Of a stretch of 46,146 nucleotides of DNA, positions 1 to 10,298 are shown in pieces. How positions within the stretch are numbered: position 1 is the stretch's first letter; each line of letters begins with the position of its first letter. The position numbers and the translations under genes are program-made. The stretch is from a virus (lineage: Duplodnaviria > Caudoviricetes), in the IMG/VR virus record IMGVR_UViG_3300031605_000005, positions 1-46,146 of that record. The stretch is one strand, 5' to 3'. The notes under the pieces are model-generated. The model had not been told where the DNA came from, did not search any database, and saw only the letters and a program-made list of their open reading frames with translations.

Positions 1-3000
1 ATCCATCCCGCCAACAGAACCACCGCCAGCCATATAGTTAATCTTATCAAGTAGACCTCTGTGCTTTTTAGAGGATTTAGCGTTTACAACATATTCATTG
101 GGAGTAAGCATCGCGGGAACAGTGTCGCTCCCTTTCGGGGTGAACATCCCTTTACTCGCATACACAACACCACCCCTGTTATAGTGAGGCGTAACAACTG
201 GCGTCCCTGAACCGTGTGGCAAATTCTTATTCTGGGGACCAACAGTCAGTTGCATTTGTAACTTGTACTGCTGGTTAGCCTGATTTATTGTGTTAACCAA
301 AGCTGCCTCGGCAGTCGCTCTATCTGCGTTCGCTTGCTGTAGGATGACTTGTTGCTGGTTATACTCGTTTCTTAATCCTTCTAATCTTCCTCCGGTATAT
401 AGATCACCGAATTCCTTAATTAAATTTTCCGTGTTCGCAATTGCAATTTGACCTTCTGGACCCGTCGCCCATTCTGTCCCAACCGCGTTTGCTTGCATGG
501 ACGCTTTAACATCGGCGGGGGCTGTTCGTTCTTCTTGCATCGCTCCCTGATACATTCTAAGTGCGTTAGGTAATGATGTGCCACTCCCCGGCTGCATAGC
601 TTGGGCTACATGCCCCCAATTTTCCTTCATGGCTTCGATTGAAGACGTTTGGTCTACGCCACCATGCCAAGCTTCATCATCTAAGGCTGTCTCTAATGCA
701 CGAAATCTTTGCTCAGCAATTTGTCTCACCCGATTCTTGAGCCAATCGGTTTGGCTTTTAAATGAACCCTGTGCATCCGCCATAGATGTCGTTTTCCAAT
801 CGAGCCCCTGCTTGTTACCTCCTGTGCTGGCTGTTGACATATGGGTCCGTGTGGCATTCGGAGACATTGATGATCCGCCCGGTGCGCTGGTTGCGCCTAC
901 GCTAAATTCAAATACTCTATTAAATCTTTGTATTGCTTCTAACCTTGCGTTATCTCCTCTCGCTCCAGCTTCCACGCCTTTGCCAGCGTGTCTAAATGCT
1001 TCTTGCTGCTTGCTTTGCGCTGTCTGAAGCAAGGTTTGTTTGTTTAAGAGATTTGATATAGTTGAGTTTAACCCACCTAAAGTAGTTCCTCCGGTTATTG
1101 AGGTTGATCCCGTGCCAAGCACTTGAACAAGAGCGTTCTTCATCGCTGGCTGCATTCTTGTGGATTGCGCTTGGCTTTCTCTTGTTAAATCGAGAGATAA
1201 GGAAACAAGTTCCTGCTTAACTTCTTCTATCTTCTGAGGAAGGATATCTTTCAATTGACCAGCTACTTGTTGCATTGCTATCCCAAGGAGTTTGTCGCTC
1301 TCCGGTTCCTTCATCCAACCCCTATCACCGAGGTCAACACCCAGTTTCTGTTCTGCGTAAGTAGCTGCTTGGGCCATTTGTTGTGCCCTACCCGCGACTG
1401 CTGTACCAACTAAATCGGGCGGGAGGTCTTTCATGCCTAATGAATTCTTCATGAAGTCAGCAAGACCCAACGCTGCTCTTCCTTCTTGGATACCGGGCGA
1501 CACACTTATTGCATTCATTGCGTCAGCAAGCTCATCTATTCTCCCTAATGAAGTATGCGTTCCTCTAGAAAATTCTTCTATACCACCAAGCAATTCTAAG
1601 TTAGCCATCAAACTAATCATCTCTACGCTATACTTATTTTGCATTTCCAGAAGCCTGACCTGAGAGAACATCGCATCTTGTTGTTTAATGAGAGCTATGT
1701 TCGATGAGAGAGTGGCGTCCTCTAAGGACTCAAGAATTTTGTTTCGCAGTGCGCTATCGTTTTTGATAACAGATAGAGAAGCGTTAGAATCTATTTGGCC
1801 TGTTACGTAATCTAACATCCCTGTGCCAGTTCCTCCTCCACCAGCCATTCTTTTATCAACCAAGTCCATCAATAGACTCATAGCGTCCGCAGCGGGTTTA
1901 GTTTTACTAGCTTTAAGTTCTAGCTCTTGCCTTCTGGCATCGTCTCCACCTATGGATGCATCGAATGCTTTCGTCATATTGTCCGTCGTCCGCTTGAATA
2001 CATCCGTGATTCCCTTTTGAAGCCCCAGCTTATAAGAAGCATCTATTTGTTCGAGGGCTCCAGCGTTCTGCGACATAGCCCCTGACATGTTAGACATGTT
2101 AGTTAGGTTTTGTTTGCTTCTAGAGCCTAAGAATGGAGACATTTTCGCGATCTGCATCCCCATCTCGCTAGTTTTGAGATTTCTGGCTGCATTTGCCCTA
2201 CCTAAGTTAATTTCTTCTCTACCAGCATGAAGAGTAGCCATCCTTGCAATATAACTTGCGATTTTTTGGGTGGTATCAGCGAGGTGCTCGTTGTACTCCT
2301 CATGGGCTGTTTTTAATTTTCCTAAATGGTCTCGCTGTGTCTCGATAACACGTTTAGAAATCTTCGTGTATTCCTCCGCAGCCAACATATCAATCATCCG
2401 CGATTTAAACTGAACAGCCAGCGCATTGATTTCGTCAATTTTCAGGTTCTCTAGAATCCTCGAATCTCCACCAAAGGCATCAAACAACTCTTTCATTCCT
2501 GCTGCGCTCTCCCAAGCAGCATCCCCTGTCTTGGAAGTGATGCTCTCCAAAGCCTTAAGAGATTTGTTTAAATCTATATTTGAATAATCAAATGTTTGGA
2601 AGAACTTGTCCCCCATCGATTCAAGCTGCATTTCTCCTGCGGTACTCGATGTCAGAGAGGGTCTTTCAATGAGTCTGTTTAAATCACCATATGTTCGAAA
2701 ACCTTTACGTGCAAATTGACCAGAGTTTTGGAGCCTTGTTTCTTGAGAATCGTCAACTTTTCTTTGCATTCTGGACCCCGTGTCCTGTCCAATAAGCGAA
2801 GCAGGAAGATCAAGAAGGCCAAACCCCGTTGTCCATGAGGAATCTTTTGCGAATGAGCCCCACAATCCCGGCTCACCTTTCCTAGCCATTTCATAGGTAT
2901 CCTTTCTTTGCGCCTCAGTCTCTGCCTTAGCTGAAAGTCTTCTTTGAGCCTTCGCCATTGCTGTTGCAAGTTTATCTGGAGCATACATGTTAGACAAAAT

Positions 3001-6000
3001 ACCGCCTCTTTCAGCACTCGGAATACCCATCATGGTTTCCATGAGGTCTGTTCTCCGATTGTTAAGGTCGCCGGGAGTCTGTCTTCCTGAAGGGTCCAAT
3101 AAGGCTTGTTGATAGCTAGTTAAAGCCTGAGAAAATCTACCTGTGCTATTATTGAAATCATTTAATTGCTTAGCAGCTTTTTCAGCAGCTTCAGCGAGAT
3201 CGGGCATTTGGTCGGTTGCAGCCTCTTCAACTGCGGAAGCCCAAAGGGCTAAGCCAGCAGCGATGCCAATTCCTCCACCAATAGCTACGGCAGCAGCACC
3301 AGAACCTACCATGCCTCCCACCATCATTCCCATACCCGCCATTCCTGCTCCAGTACCAGCAGCTTGAACCCCGGCAGCTTTCATTCTGCCTTCTCTGGTA
3401 TTCGTATTTACGTTACCAGCCATCATCCCGCCTATCATCGGGCCAGCAAACGCCATCGGCATCGCAAATTTATTCCCTGCTCCAAGGCCACGCGACATCA
3501 TACCCTTCATGTACCCGCCCTTACTTTCTTTCCAAGACTGCAATGCCTTTCCAGTGAATGGGTCTTTCGGCTTCAGAGCATTGGCTGCATCCTGTTTGGC
3601 TATTTTTAGCCTTTCAGCGTCGGCCTTTGCCTGTTGAAGGCGAGCTTTCTGAGTAGCTTTTGCATCTTTTTGCTCTTGTGCAACTGGTTGATGTTGCATT
3701 TTGGCTTGCTCAAATTGTCTTCGCAGCCGATCTTCCTGCTCCATTTTCCAGCCCCCAAAACCACCACTATAACCTCCCCTAGCAGCGTTCATATATTGAT
3801 TATATAATCCTCCGGTTCCGGGGGCCATAGCACCCGAAGTAGTCGCAGCAGCTTGAGCTTTGAACTCTTGGTATGCCAATCTCGCCGTCTTAACGTTCTG
3901 CCCTTCGGCCTTCATGAGCCTTTTCTTCTCAGCTTCGATCTTATTAAGTTGCTGTCGCTCTCTTTCGTAAAGTTTCCTTGCTCTTTTCTCGTCTGCATCG
4001 GCCTTCTTCTTTATCTCCCGTAACTCTGCTTTATTTGCTTTCCCGGCTTGTCCTGCTTGGCCCATGAATCCCATAGCCATCATAGACATCATCATCCCCA
4101 TTTCCATGCCACCACCCTCAAAGAAGCTTGGGACATGCCCTTGAGATTTCCCTTGTAAGCCCATCCCTGATGAGCCCAAGGTGGAACGTGGTTGACCCGC
4201 TGCTAAGTGTTGATTAATGGCAGCAGAAAGACTCCCTTGAGTGCTAGTGTAAACACCTACCCCAACTCTTGGGTCATGCCCAATTCTAGGAGTTCCACCC
4301 TTGCCTCCCATTTGAATCCCTCGCTTTTCCCCACCAATCGCATCGCTCAGAGGAGAGAACCCCGGAATAAAACCCTTAGCAAAGCCTCTCACTGGTGCTC
4401 CGTAGGAGGACGTACCACCGGAGCCATAAGGCATCATCCCCGTTAATCTACCGTGCTGTTGAAATGGATTATCTAAATTACCTAGGTTTTCCCATTTGCC
4501 TTTCCCGGAAATTCTCATGGACCCAATATCAACTAATTTGAAATTTGCATCTTGTCCCTTTCCGCTTATTGCCCACTCCAGCATCTTCTTTTTTGCGTTG
4601 GCTGGAAGTAGTCCCTTTCCGTGTATCTCCGTTGCTTTTGCTATCGCCTTATCAAGGTTGGAGAACATTGCGTTGCCCCCATGAGCATCGCCAATCTGAA
4701 TACCCATCCTAGTATCCATCTCTCTTACGTGGTGTCGCTGGGCATCGGCATGAGTTTTTCTAAGAAGTGACTGAACCCCGGTTGGGGCTTTTATATAGTC
4801 TTTGTTCTTCATCATTTGGTTGAAATCACCATCTCGATGTAGCCCGACTTTAAATTGCCCCCCTGAAAGTGGCATTACTGTTGGCATGTTTTTCCCAAAC
4901 GCTTGAGAAATACCGGGAATGGGGGCTCCCATTTCAGCTAATTTTTGGGCAATGATGGCTTCCGATTCCGGGGAAACGAAACCTCCAAGTTTCTCGCCTA
5001 CTAATCTATTTTCAGATGTCCCTGCTTTCCACACATCTGAATATTTGAAATCACCAACTCTTGAGACACTAAACTTACCCTTTTGCTCCATTATTTTACC
5101 GAGTATCCCAGTTTGATTTCTAGGTATATCGCCAGCATATCTAAGAACTTCGTTTGCCAGTATATGACTATCAAGTTTTGTTGCTTCTATTGGCGAACTT
5201 CTATCCCATCTTCCCACACTTTTTTTACCACCGGGAAGTCCTAACTCATTTGCTTTTTTGAAGGCTGCACCTGATACATCTCTGGGCATCTTTACCGCGA
5301 TTCCGGTATTCCCAATCGTATACATCCTACCAAAAGCACTTTCTACAGGTATATGATTAAACGCAGCAGCCCCTTGGGTCCTTACCGCATCTAGAACACC
5401 TGTTTTCCTAACTAATTCCCCTAGCCCTATTTCGTACTCACTCTGCTTTGATCCTTTTAGCCAGCTAGTTTCCGCTTGCTGGTACTTATTCATTTCAATA
5501 AGATGCTTATCAATGTCTATCTTTTTTCCGGCAGCATCTTTCCCCGCAAGGGCTTCTCTGTACCTAGGTTTAGGCATTGGTGGCAGATTGGGTTTGGGCA
5601 TTCTCGGCGCACCGCCTCGCGGTTTGGGTAGTGATGGCAGCTTGGGTAAATTGGGGCTCGCGTTTGTTGAGGAAAACGAACTATGAAGAGACGCGCTCTT
5701 GCGTTTCTGCATTGCAGTTGGAACCAGCCATTCCCTAACGCTAACCAGATCGCCTGTCTTCATTGCGGTCATTAATTCTGGAACTTGATATTTAGAACCG
5801 TACTGGCCACCTAGCCTATGAAGCTGTTTTTCTAAAAACTTCATTTCATTTATCTGAGCACGGCGTTCTGGGTTTTTCCATCTCTTTGCGTGTCTTGTGC
5901 CCAACTTAAATGCGGGTGCTGCTTTGATCCCTGATGCTCCCTTAACCATGCTTGGGTGTTTAAGCATCAAATATCTTTCCACCATTTTCTTGAAATTAGC

Positions 6001-9000
6001 AGTCAGGTTGAAGCCCGGTATCCCAGTTATTTCGCCAGAGGTCTGAGTTACATTTTTAGGTTTATAGTTTTTTAATCCAAAAAGTGATCCCATTTCAACG
6101 GGGGCTTCACCGCGCTTCAGCAACCCAAGTATTTTTTGGACTTGATGAATGTTAGCTGCTGCTTCGTGTTCGACGGCTCCTACGCTACTAGGGTGGATTC
6201 TGTCAAAATACTTAGATGGGTTAATCCCTTTTGGCATGCTCTTAAAATGTCCGGGGTCTACAACATGAAGATGACCTCCCTCAGATACTTGTTTAAGAAG
6301 CGTAGCCTCATGATCAAAAAGACTTTGACCATTTTTTGGAACCCCACCTGTTTTTTGCATGTAATTAGAGGCCATTTTGATTCCGTCATTTGAAATCATT
6401 ATGTTTCCAGCATGTAAATCAGATGGCAAAAAGGACTTCCCTAAACCAGCTTGACCCACCATCGCCTTCTCTTCCATCAACATGGCGGGATATCTATTAG
6501 CCCACTTGTGAACTTTAGCCCCAATACTATCTGCCATAAGCGGGTTCACTCCTTGGCTTATTAAATATTTTGTTGATTCTCTATGCGCTTTTGAAAGTTC
6601 TACCCCGTTGACTATGGGCTTAATCATTCCTGCTTGAGGGAACATTCCAATTCCCGGCGTTACTGGATAACTCGATTTTCCAAAAATTCCCAAAGGTACA
6701 TCTAATCCTCTGCCCATGCCTCTCACAATTTCTCTTCTCACGGACGCAGGAACATTCCCCATTCCTGCTAACATGGCGTATTCACCATAGTTCTTTCGAG
6801 ATTGGTGACTACCCCCCATGAAAGCTCCCGCATTCGTCCCTTGCCTCATTCCCGCTAATACAGACTCTGGGTTTCTCCCTAATCCGTGTGCCCCAGTACC
6901 TTGGCCCGGAATTTGAATTCCGGGTCCAGTACCAGAACGACTTCCTGCACCTGTTCTCGTATGAAAAGCTTTTATCCCCCAAGGAAGGTCTCCTAATTTA
7001 AAGAATGCACCATCTATGCCTCTTCCCATTGGGGTAAGGTCATTTTTATTTGCTTTCCCAGCCCACTTGGATATTCCTTGCATCACTTCCGTCTGTTCTT
7101 TTCTGGACATTCCGTAACCAAGATGGCCCGGAATTTTCGTAGCTATATTTCTGAAAACAGAAAAATTTGGAACATAAGGATTTATTCCTGTCTGAGCCAT
7201 AGAAGCTGTCCTGTGCTGTTTTCCAGCTTTAGAAGACAAGGGTGGATTAATAAACGGCTGTGAAAATCCGGGGACATGCTTCACCTTTTCAGCACCATTA
7301 TAAGTTACTCTTCCGAGACCCGGCATAGACATCTGCTTAATTGGGCCAGCTTTATAGCCACCCATTGCAGCCCCAATTCCTTCAGAAACAGGTCCCGCTG
7401 AAGAGAAGCTCGGTATATGCCCTTCGCTCCTAGTCCTAGATGGAAATGGACTATGCCAGTTCCTTGGGGTAGGAGGTCTCCCTTTTAGTGCCATGCCAGC
7501 GGTTCCCATCATCAGACCGGGACCCATTGCTGCCATTCTCATGATTTGTTGACTTATCTGAGCCCTTATAATTTGTTCTTCTTTCAGCTTTTGAACGATC
7601 ATGTTCTGGACTTGAACAAAGTTCATGCCCTTAGCAACCGCATCTCCGATTAACTTTGGGTTTGCAGATAGAAGGCCAGTTATTTCCTTCTGTAAGGTAG
7701 CTTGCTGACTAGCCAATGTGTTTATGCCAAGTAGGCTTGATACCGATTGCTTAAGAAATCCAGCGAATTGATAGACTAGTTTGCCAATGAGAGCTAAGCC
7801 TACTGCCATACCGGGACCAGAGATCATTTTGCCTATCCCCTCGAATAAACCAGTAACCGTTTTTCCTATCCCTGAGTCTGGGTCTAAATTAGAAATCGCA
7901 CTCATGATACCGTTAACGGTATCAAAAACTTTCTTTAGTGCTGGACCAGCAACTGACTTTCCCATCCCAGCAGCGAACTGCTTCATGTTCTGGACTGTCT
8001 CGTTTATTAATGCAGCTATTGTTGAATTCAGTTCATCATTTCTTCTGATGGCCTGATCGGTTGATTTGTTCGCTACGTCAAGGGCATTTCTGTAAATTGA
8101 ATACTGGCTACTCAAGTCACGTATTGCAGATTTCAGTGTGTTGACCTGATACAACCCGCCCATTAGCTGGGTAATATGAGATTGTTGTGAGTGGCTTAGA
8201 GTATCGTATTTTTGCGCTAGTTCCTCAAGGATATGCAGTGTGCTCTTCATTTGCCCACTGGTTTGCTTCGTCTTAATGCCTATCATCTCAAGCATCTCCA
8301 AAGTTTTCGGTCTTTGGATTTTCGTGAAGATAGACTTGAATGCGTTACCTATAACAGCCCCACCACGAGCGGTGTTTTGCTGAGCAGCGGTCACGATGGC
8401 AATTAGCTGATTAAAACTTACCCCAGCTTCTTTCGCGGTACTACCAGCCCGTTTAAGTGCTTCAGCTAAATCGTTTGAGCTTACAGCAAAAGCAGCATCG
8501 ACGTTTGCCATTCTGTTAACCACCGCAGTGGAATCTAATCCAGCCTCATTAAATCCGTTGATGGCAGCAGTTAATGACTCGACAGCAGATTTCGCATCCA
8601 TGCCCGTTATTCGGACAAGGATCATAGCGTCTCTGACTCTCTTAAGTGATGATTCTGTTCCTAAACCTTGACGAGCCAACTCACTCATGGCCTCTGAAAC
8701 AGTTTGAAAACTTTGACCCGTCTTCCCGGCTATCCTGAACAGTTCACTACCTACCCTTGCAAGTCCCGAAGATGTCTCCCCTAAGATTACATTTATGTCC
8801 TTTAGTCTTTTCTCTACGTCTACAGTAGACTTAACTACTTCTGACATAGCCCGTGCAACACCATAGATAATCCCAGCGGAAGCACCGAACGCGATGACAC
8901 GGGCATTTGAAGCCTCCATCGCTTTTGTGAATTCGTTGGCGTTCGCGGTAGCTGCTGACAAGCCAGAGCCTAATGGTCTCAAATTCGCACCGCCACCACG

Positions 9001-9138
9001 ACCACCGCTCATCCTTCCCCCAACGTTTATTTTGGGAGCAGACCTCTCAGCTTTACGAACCGCCCTTCTGACATCGGCAGACAGTTTTCTTGAGTCAACC
9101 GTTGCGGTAACCGTAAATGTAGCAGAACTTCTTGGCAT
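1..9138 (-). CDS. Tape measure protein, giant (>3046 aa, 3' end outside window), with two embedded protein-kinase-like domains
   Basis: Manual translation from ATG 9138 (MPRSSATFTVTATVDS...). The segments translated are all open and in one frame down to base 1; the ORF track omits it, consistent with no stop inside the window. N-terminal TP901/PhageMin_Tail-type core (VVNRMANVDAAFAVSSNDLAEALKRAGSTAKEAGVSFNQLIAIVTAAQQNTARGGAVIGNAFKSIFTKI), hydrophobic Gly/Ala segments (~7860-7760, ~3480-3240), coiled coils, and GGVV...GSDTVPAMLTPNEYVV near base 180-85. Lies downstream of tail tube and chaperones. Confidence 0.93.
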   Translation of the reverse strand, partial: MPRSSATFTVTATVDSRKLSADVRRAVRKAERSAPKINVGGRMSGGRGGGANLRPLGSGLSAATANANEFTKAMEASNARVIAFGASAGIIYGVARAMSEVVKSTVDVEKRLKDINVILGETSSGLARVGSELFRIAGKTGQSFQTVSEAMSELARQGLGTESSLKRVRDAMILVRITGMDAKSAVESLTAAINGFNEAGLDSTAVVNRMANVDAAFAVSSNDLAEALKRAGSTAKEAGVSFNQLIAIVTAAQQNTARGGAVIGNAFKSIFTKIQRPKTLEMLEMIGIKTKQTSGQMKSTLHILEELAQKYDTLSHSQQSHITQLMGGLYQVNTLKSAIRDLSSQYSIYRNALDVANKSTDQAIRRNDELNSTIAALINETVQNMKQFAAGMGKSVAGPALKKVFDTVNGIMSAISNLDPDSGIGKTVTGLFEGIGKMISGPGMAVGLALIGKLVYQFAGFLKQSVSSLLGINTLASQQATLQKEITGLLSANPKLIGDAVAKGMNFVQVQNMIVQKLKEEQIIRAQISQQIMRMAAMGPGLMMGTAGMALKGRPPTPRNWHSPFPSRTRSEGHIPSFSSAGPVSEGIGAAMGGYKAGPIKQMSMPGLGRVTYNGAEKVKHVPGFSQPFINPPLSSKAGKQHRTASMAQTGINPYVPNFSVFRNIATKIPGHLGYGMSRKEQTEVMQGISKWAGKANKNDLTPMGRGIDGAFFKLGDLPWGIKAFHTRTGAGSRSGTGPGIQIPGQGTGAHGLGRNPESVLAGMRQGTNAGAFMGGSHQSRKNYGEYAMLAGMGNVPASVRREIVRGMGRGLDVPLGIFGKSSYPVTPGIGMFPQAGMIKPIVNGVELSKAHRESTKYLISQGVNPLMADSIGAKVHKWANRYPAMLMEEKAMVGQAGLGKSFLPSDLHAGNIMISNDGIKMASNYMQKTGGVPKNGQSLFDHEATLLKQVSEGGHLHVVDPGHFKSMPKGINPSKYFDRIHPSSVGAVEHEAAANIHQVQKILGLLKRGEAPVEMGSLFGLKNYKPKNVTQTSGEITGIPGFNLTANFKKMVERYLMLKHPSMVKGASGIKAAPAFKLGTRHAKRWKNPERRAQINEMKFLEKQLHRLGGQYGSKYQVPELMTAMKTGDLVSVREWLVPTAMQKRKSASLHSSFSSTNASPNLPKLPSLPKPRGGAPRMPKPNLPPMPKPRYREALAGKDAAGKKIDIDKHLIEMNKYQQAETSWLKGSKQSEYEIGLGELVRKTGVLDAVRTQGAAAFNHIPVESAFGRMYTIGNTGIAVKMPRDVSGAAFKKANELGLPGGKKSVGRWDRSSPIEATKLDSHILANEVLRYAGDIPRNQTGILGKIMEQKGKFSVSRVGDFKYSDVWKAGTSENRLVGEKLGGFVSPESEAIIAQKLAEMGAPIPGISQAFGKNMPTVMPLSGGQFKVGLHRDGDFNQMMKNKDYIKAPTGVQSLLRKTHADAQRHHVREMDTRMGIQIGDAHGGNAMFSNLDKAIAKATEIHGKGLLPANAKKKMLEWAISGKGQDANFKLVDIGSMRISGKGKWENLGNLDNPFQQHGRLTGMMPYGSGGTSSYGAPVRGFAKGFIPGFSPLSDAIGGEKRGIQMGGKGGTPRIGHDPRVGVGVYTSTQGSLSAAINQHLAAGQPRSTLGSSGMGLQGKSQGHVPSFFEGGGMEMGMMMSMMAMGFMGQAGQAGKANKAELREIKKKADADEKRARKLYERERQQLNKIEAEKKRLMKAEGQNVKTARLAYQEFKAQAAATTSGAMAPGTGGLYNQYMNAARGGYSGGFGGWKMEQEDRLRRQFEQAKMQHQPVAQEQKDAKATQKARLQQAKADAERLKIAKQDAANALKPKDPFTGKALQSWKESKGGYMKGMMSRGLGAGNKFAMPMAFAGPMIGGMMAGNVNTNTREGRMKAAGVQAAGTGAGMAGMGMMVGGMVGSGAAAVAIGGGIGIAAGLALWASAVEEAATDQMPDLAEAAEKAAKQLNDFNNSTGRFSQALTSYQQALLDPSGRQTPGDLNNRRTDLMETMMGIPSAERGGILSNMYAPDKLATAMAKAQRRLSAKAETEAQRKDTYEMARKGEPGLWGSFAKDSSWTTGFGLLDLPASLIGQDTGSRMQRKVDDSQETRLQNSGQFARKGFRTYGDLNRLIERPSLTSSTAGEMQLESMGDKFFQTFDYSNIDLNKSLKALESITSKTGDAAWESAAGMKELFDAFGGDSRILENLKIDEINALAVQFKSRMIDMLAAEEYTKISKRVIETQRDHLGKLKTAHEEYNEHLADTTQKIASYIARMATLHAGREEINLGRANAARNLKTSEMGMQIAKMSPFLGSRSKQNLTNMSNMSGAMSQNAGALEQIDASYKLGLQKGITDVFKRTTDNMTKAFDASIGGDDARRQELELKASKTKPAADAMSLLMDLVDKRMAGGGGTGTGMLDYVTGQIDSNASLSVIKNDSALRNKILESLEDATLSSNIALIKQQDAMFSQVRLLEMQNKYSVEMISLMANLELLGGIEEFSRGTHTSLGRIDELADAMNAISVSPGIQEGRAALGLADFMKNSLGMKDLPPDLVGTAVAGRAQQMAQAATYAEQKLGVDLGDRGWMKEPESDKLLGIAMQQVAGQLKDILPQKIEEVKQELVSLSLDLTRESQAQSTRMQPAMKNALVQVLGTGSTSITGGTTLGGLNSTISNLLNKQTLLQTAQSKQQEAFRHAGKGVEAGARGDNARLEAIQRFNRVFEFSVGATSAPGGSSMSPNATRTHMSTASTGGNKQGLDWKTTSMADAQGSFKSQTDWLKNRVRQIAEQRFRALETALDDEAWHGGVDQTSSIEAMKENWGHVAQAMQPGSGTSLPNALRMYQGAMQEERTAPADVKASMQANAVGTEWATGPEGQIAIANTENLIKEFGDLYTGGRLEGLRNEYNQQQVILQQANADRATAEAALVNTINQANQQYKLQMQLTVGPQNKNLPHGSGTPVVTPHYNRGGVVYASKGMFTPKGSDTVPAMLTPNEYVVNAKSSKKHRGLLDKINYMAGGGSVGGMD

Positions 9139-9197
9139 TTATTCCTTAGACCTTTCGGGTCCAACATTTTCAGCAGGACCTGTACTCCTAATTACAC

Positions 9198-10268
9198 CTA
9201 ATCTTTTCCTACTCCATGTAATTTTATAAGGTCTGCCATGTCCAATTTTCCTCCTTTTTGGGCAGCTTCTGCATCGAGACTGATAGAATCGTGCTCTCCT
9301 TGCCCTATGCCCAGCCTCTTTAAGTCTTCTTTAGTTGCGCCAACTAAGCTAGTTCCTTGTGCTCCCGACGCTGCTCTTTGAGATTCGGCAGATTTACCAG
9401 CTTTAGCATCTAATTTAGTCATCGCTTCTTCTGCTGATTTAGATTGTTCAAACCAGTTTATTAACTCGTCTGGGTCTTCCATGAATTCTTCTGGTGGTGG
9501 ATTTTTTGAATTCTGCAACAAATGTTTAAAATATTTTCCCTGACCGAATAATGAAACCTGATTAAATGTTAAGTTTACGATTGCTTTGCCAAAAAAAACA
9601 AAGGGGTTGTCGTCACAAAGGTAGAAGCTATTTAAGAAGTACGGCATTAAAGCCATCCTTTTTAAATTTTCAGAAGAAAACTTTTTGTAAACATCGTTGT
9701 ATACCTCCAGCAAACCAGACAGTTTTCGCTCATCTAAATGGTCGAATTCTTCCTCATTGAAAAAAAACTCTGTGCATTTTTCATCTTTGAATAAACCTGT
9801 CGAGAGATGATATTCGTTAGCTTTCTTATCCGAATATCCCTCTGCTGTTAGCCCAAGTAGTTCCCTCTTTTTCTGGAGAAGCCTCAAGAGTTCTTCTTCT
9901 GTATCTTTTACTTTTTGCTTTAGCGTATCTTGCTGAGACTTAAGAAACATTCTCGATAAGGAAAGCTTCAGATTTTTATGGTACGCCTGAAGTTCGCCTA
10001 CTGATATATCATCTCCCTTTGACCAAAGCTCCTCTTCTATTAGGTACTCTGTTTTCTCTTCTTCCGTAGGTAACCCTTCATTCTTGGCTTTTTCCAGTGA
10101 CTCGAACCTAACAACGTCAACCTTATTTGAATCAAACGCGCTGTTATGCTTTATGTAACCTTCTATATCTTTGTCCTTTACTTTGGTAACCCCCTCAAGA
10201 AGCTGAGTATAAAGAAGTCTTAGCTCTTCTTTACTGCATAATGGTTTCTCTTTTTTTTCCTCACTCAT
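9198..10268 (-). CDS. Putative tail assembly chaperone 2 (likely start MSEEKK at 10268)
   Basis: Acidic helical ORF directly upstream of the tape measure gene; positional inference only. Confidence 0.5.
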   Translation of the reverse strand: MSEEKKEKPLCSKEELRLLYTQLLEGVTKVKDKDIEGYIKHNSAFDSNKVDVVRFESLEKAKNEGLPTEEEKTEYLIEEELWSKGDDISVGELQAYHKNLKLSLSRMFLKSQQDTLKQKVKDTEEELLRLLQKKRELLGLTAEGYSDKKANEYHLSTGLFKDEKCTEFFFNEEEFDHLDERKLSGLLEVYNDVYKKFSSENLKRMALMPYFLNSFYLCDDNPFVFFGKAIVNLTFNQVSLFGQGKYFKHLLQNSKNPPPEEFMEDPDELINWFEQSKSAEEAMTKLDAKAGKSAESQRAASGAQGTSLVGATKEDLKRLGIGQGEHDSISLDAEAAQKGGKLDMADLIKLHGVGKD

Positions 10269-10298
10269 AAAAAAACCCCACACTAATTCTAGGTGGGG
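10269..10298 (-). terminator. Intrinsic terminator-like hairpin abutting the next ATG
   Basis: Minus strand CCCCAC-11 nt-GTGGGG followed by T7 and then ATG. Confidence 0.6.

Noticed and set aside
6140-6175. EHEAAANIH in the TMP as an HExxH metalloprotease motif
   Set aside because: Spacing does not fit HExxH.
578-9229. Numerous plus-strand ORFs and 2679..3017(-) in the ORF track
   Set aside because: Shadows of the continuous minus-strand tape measure frame; no motifs or RBS support.
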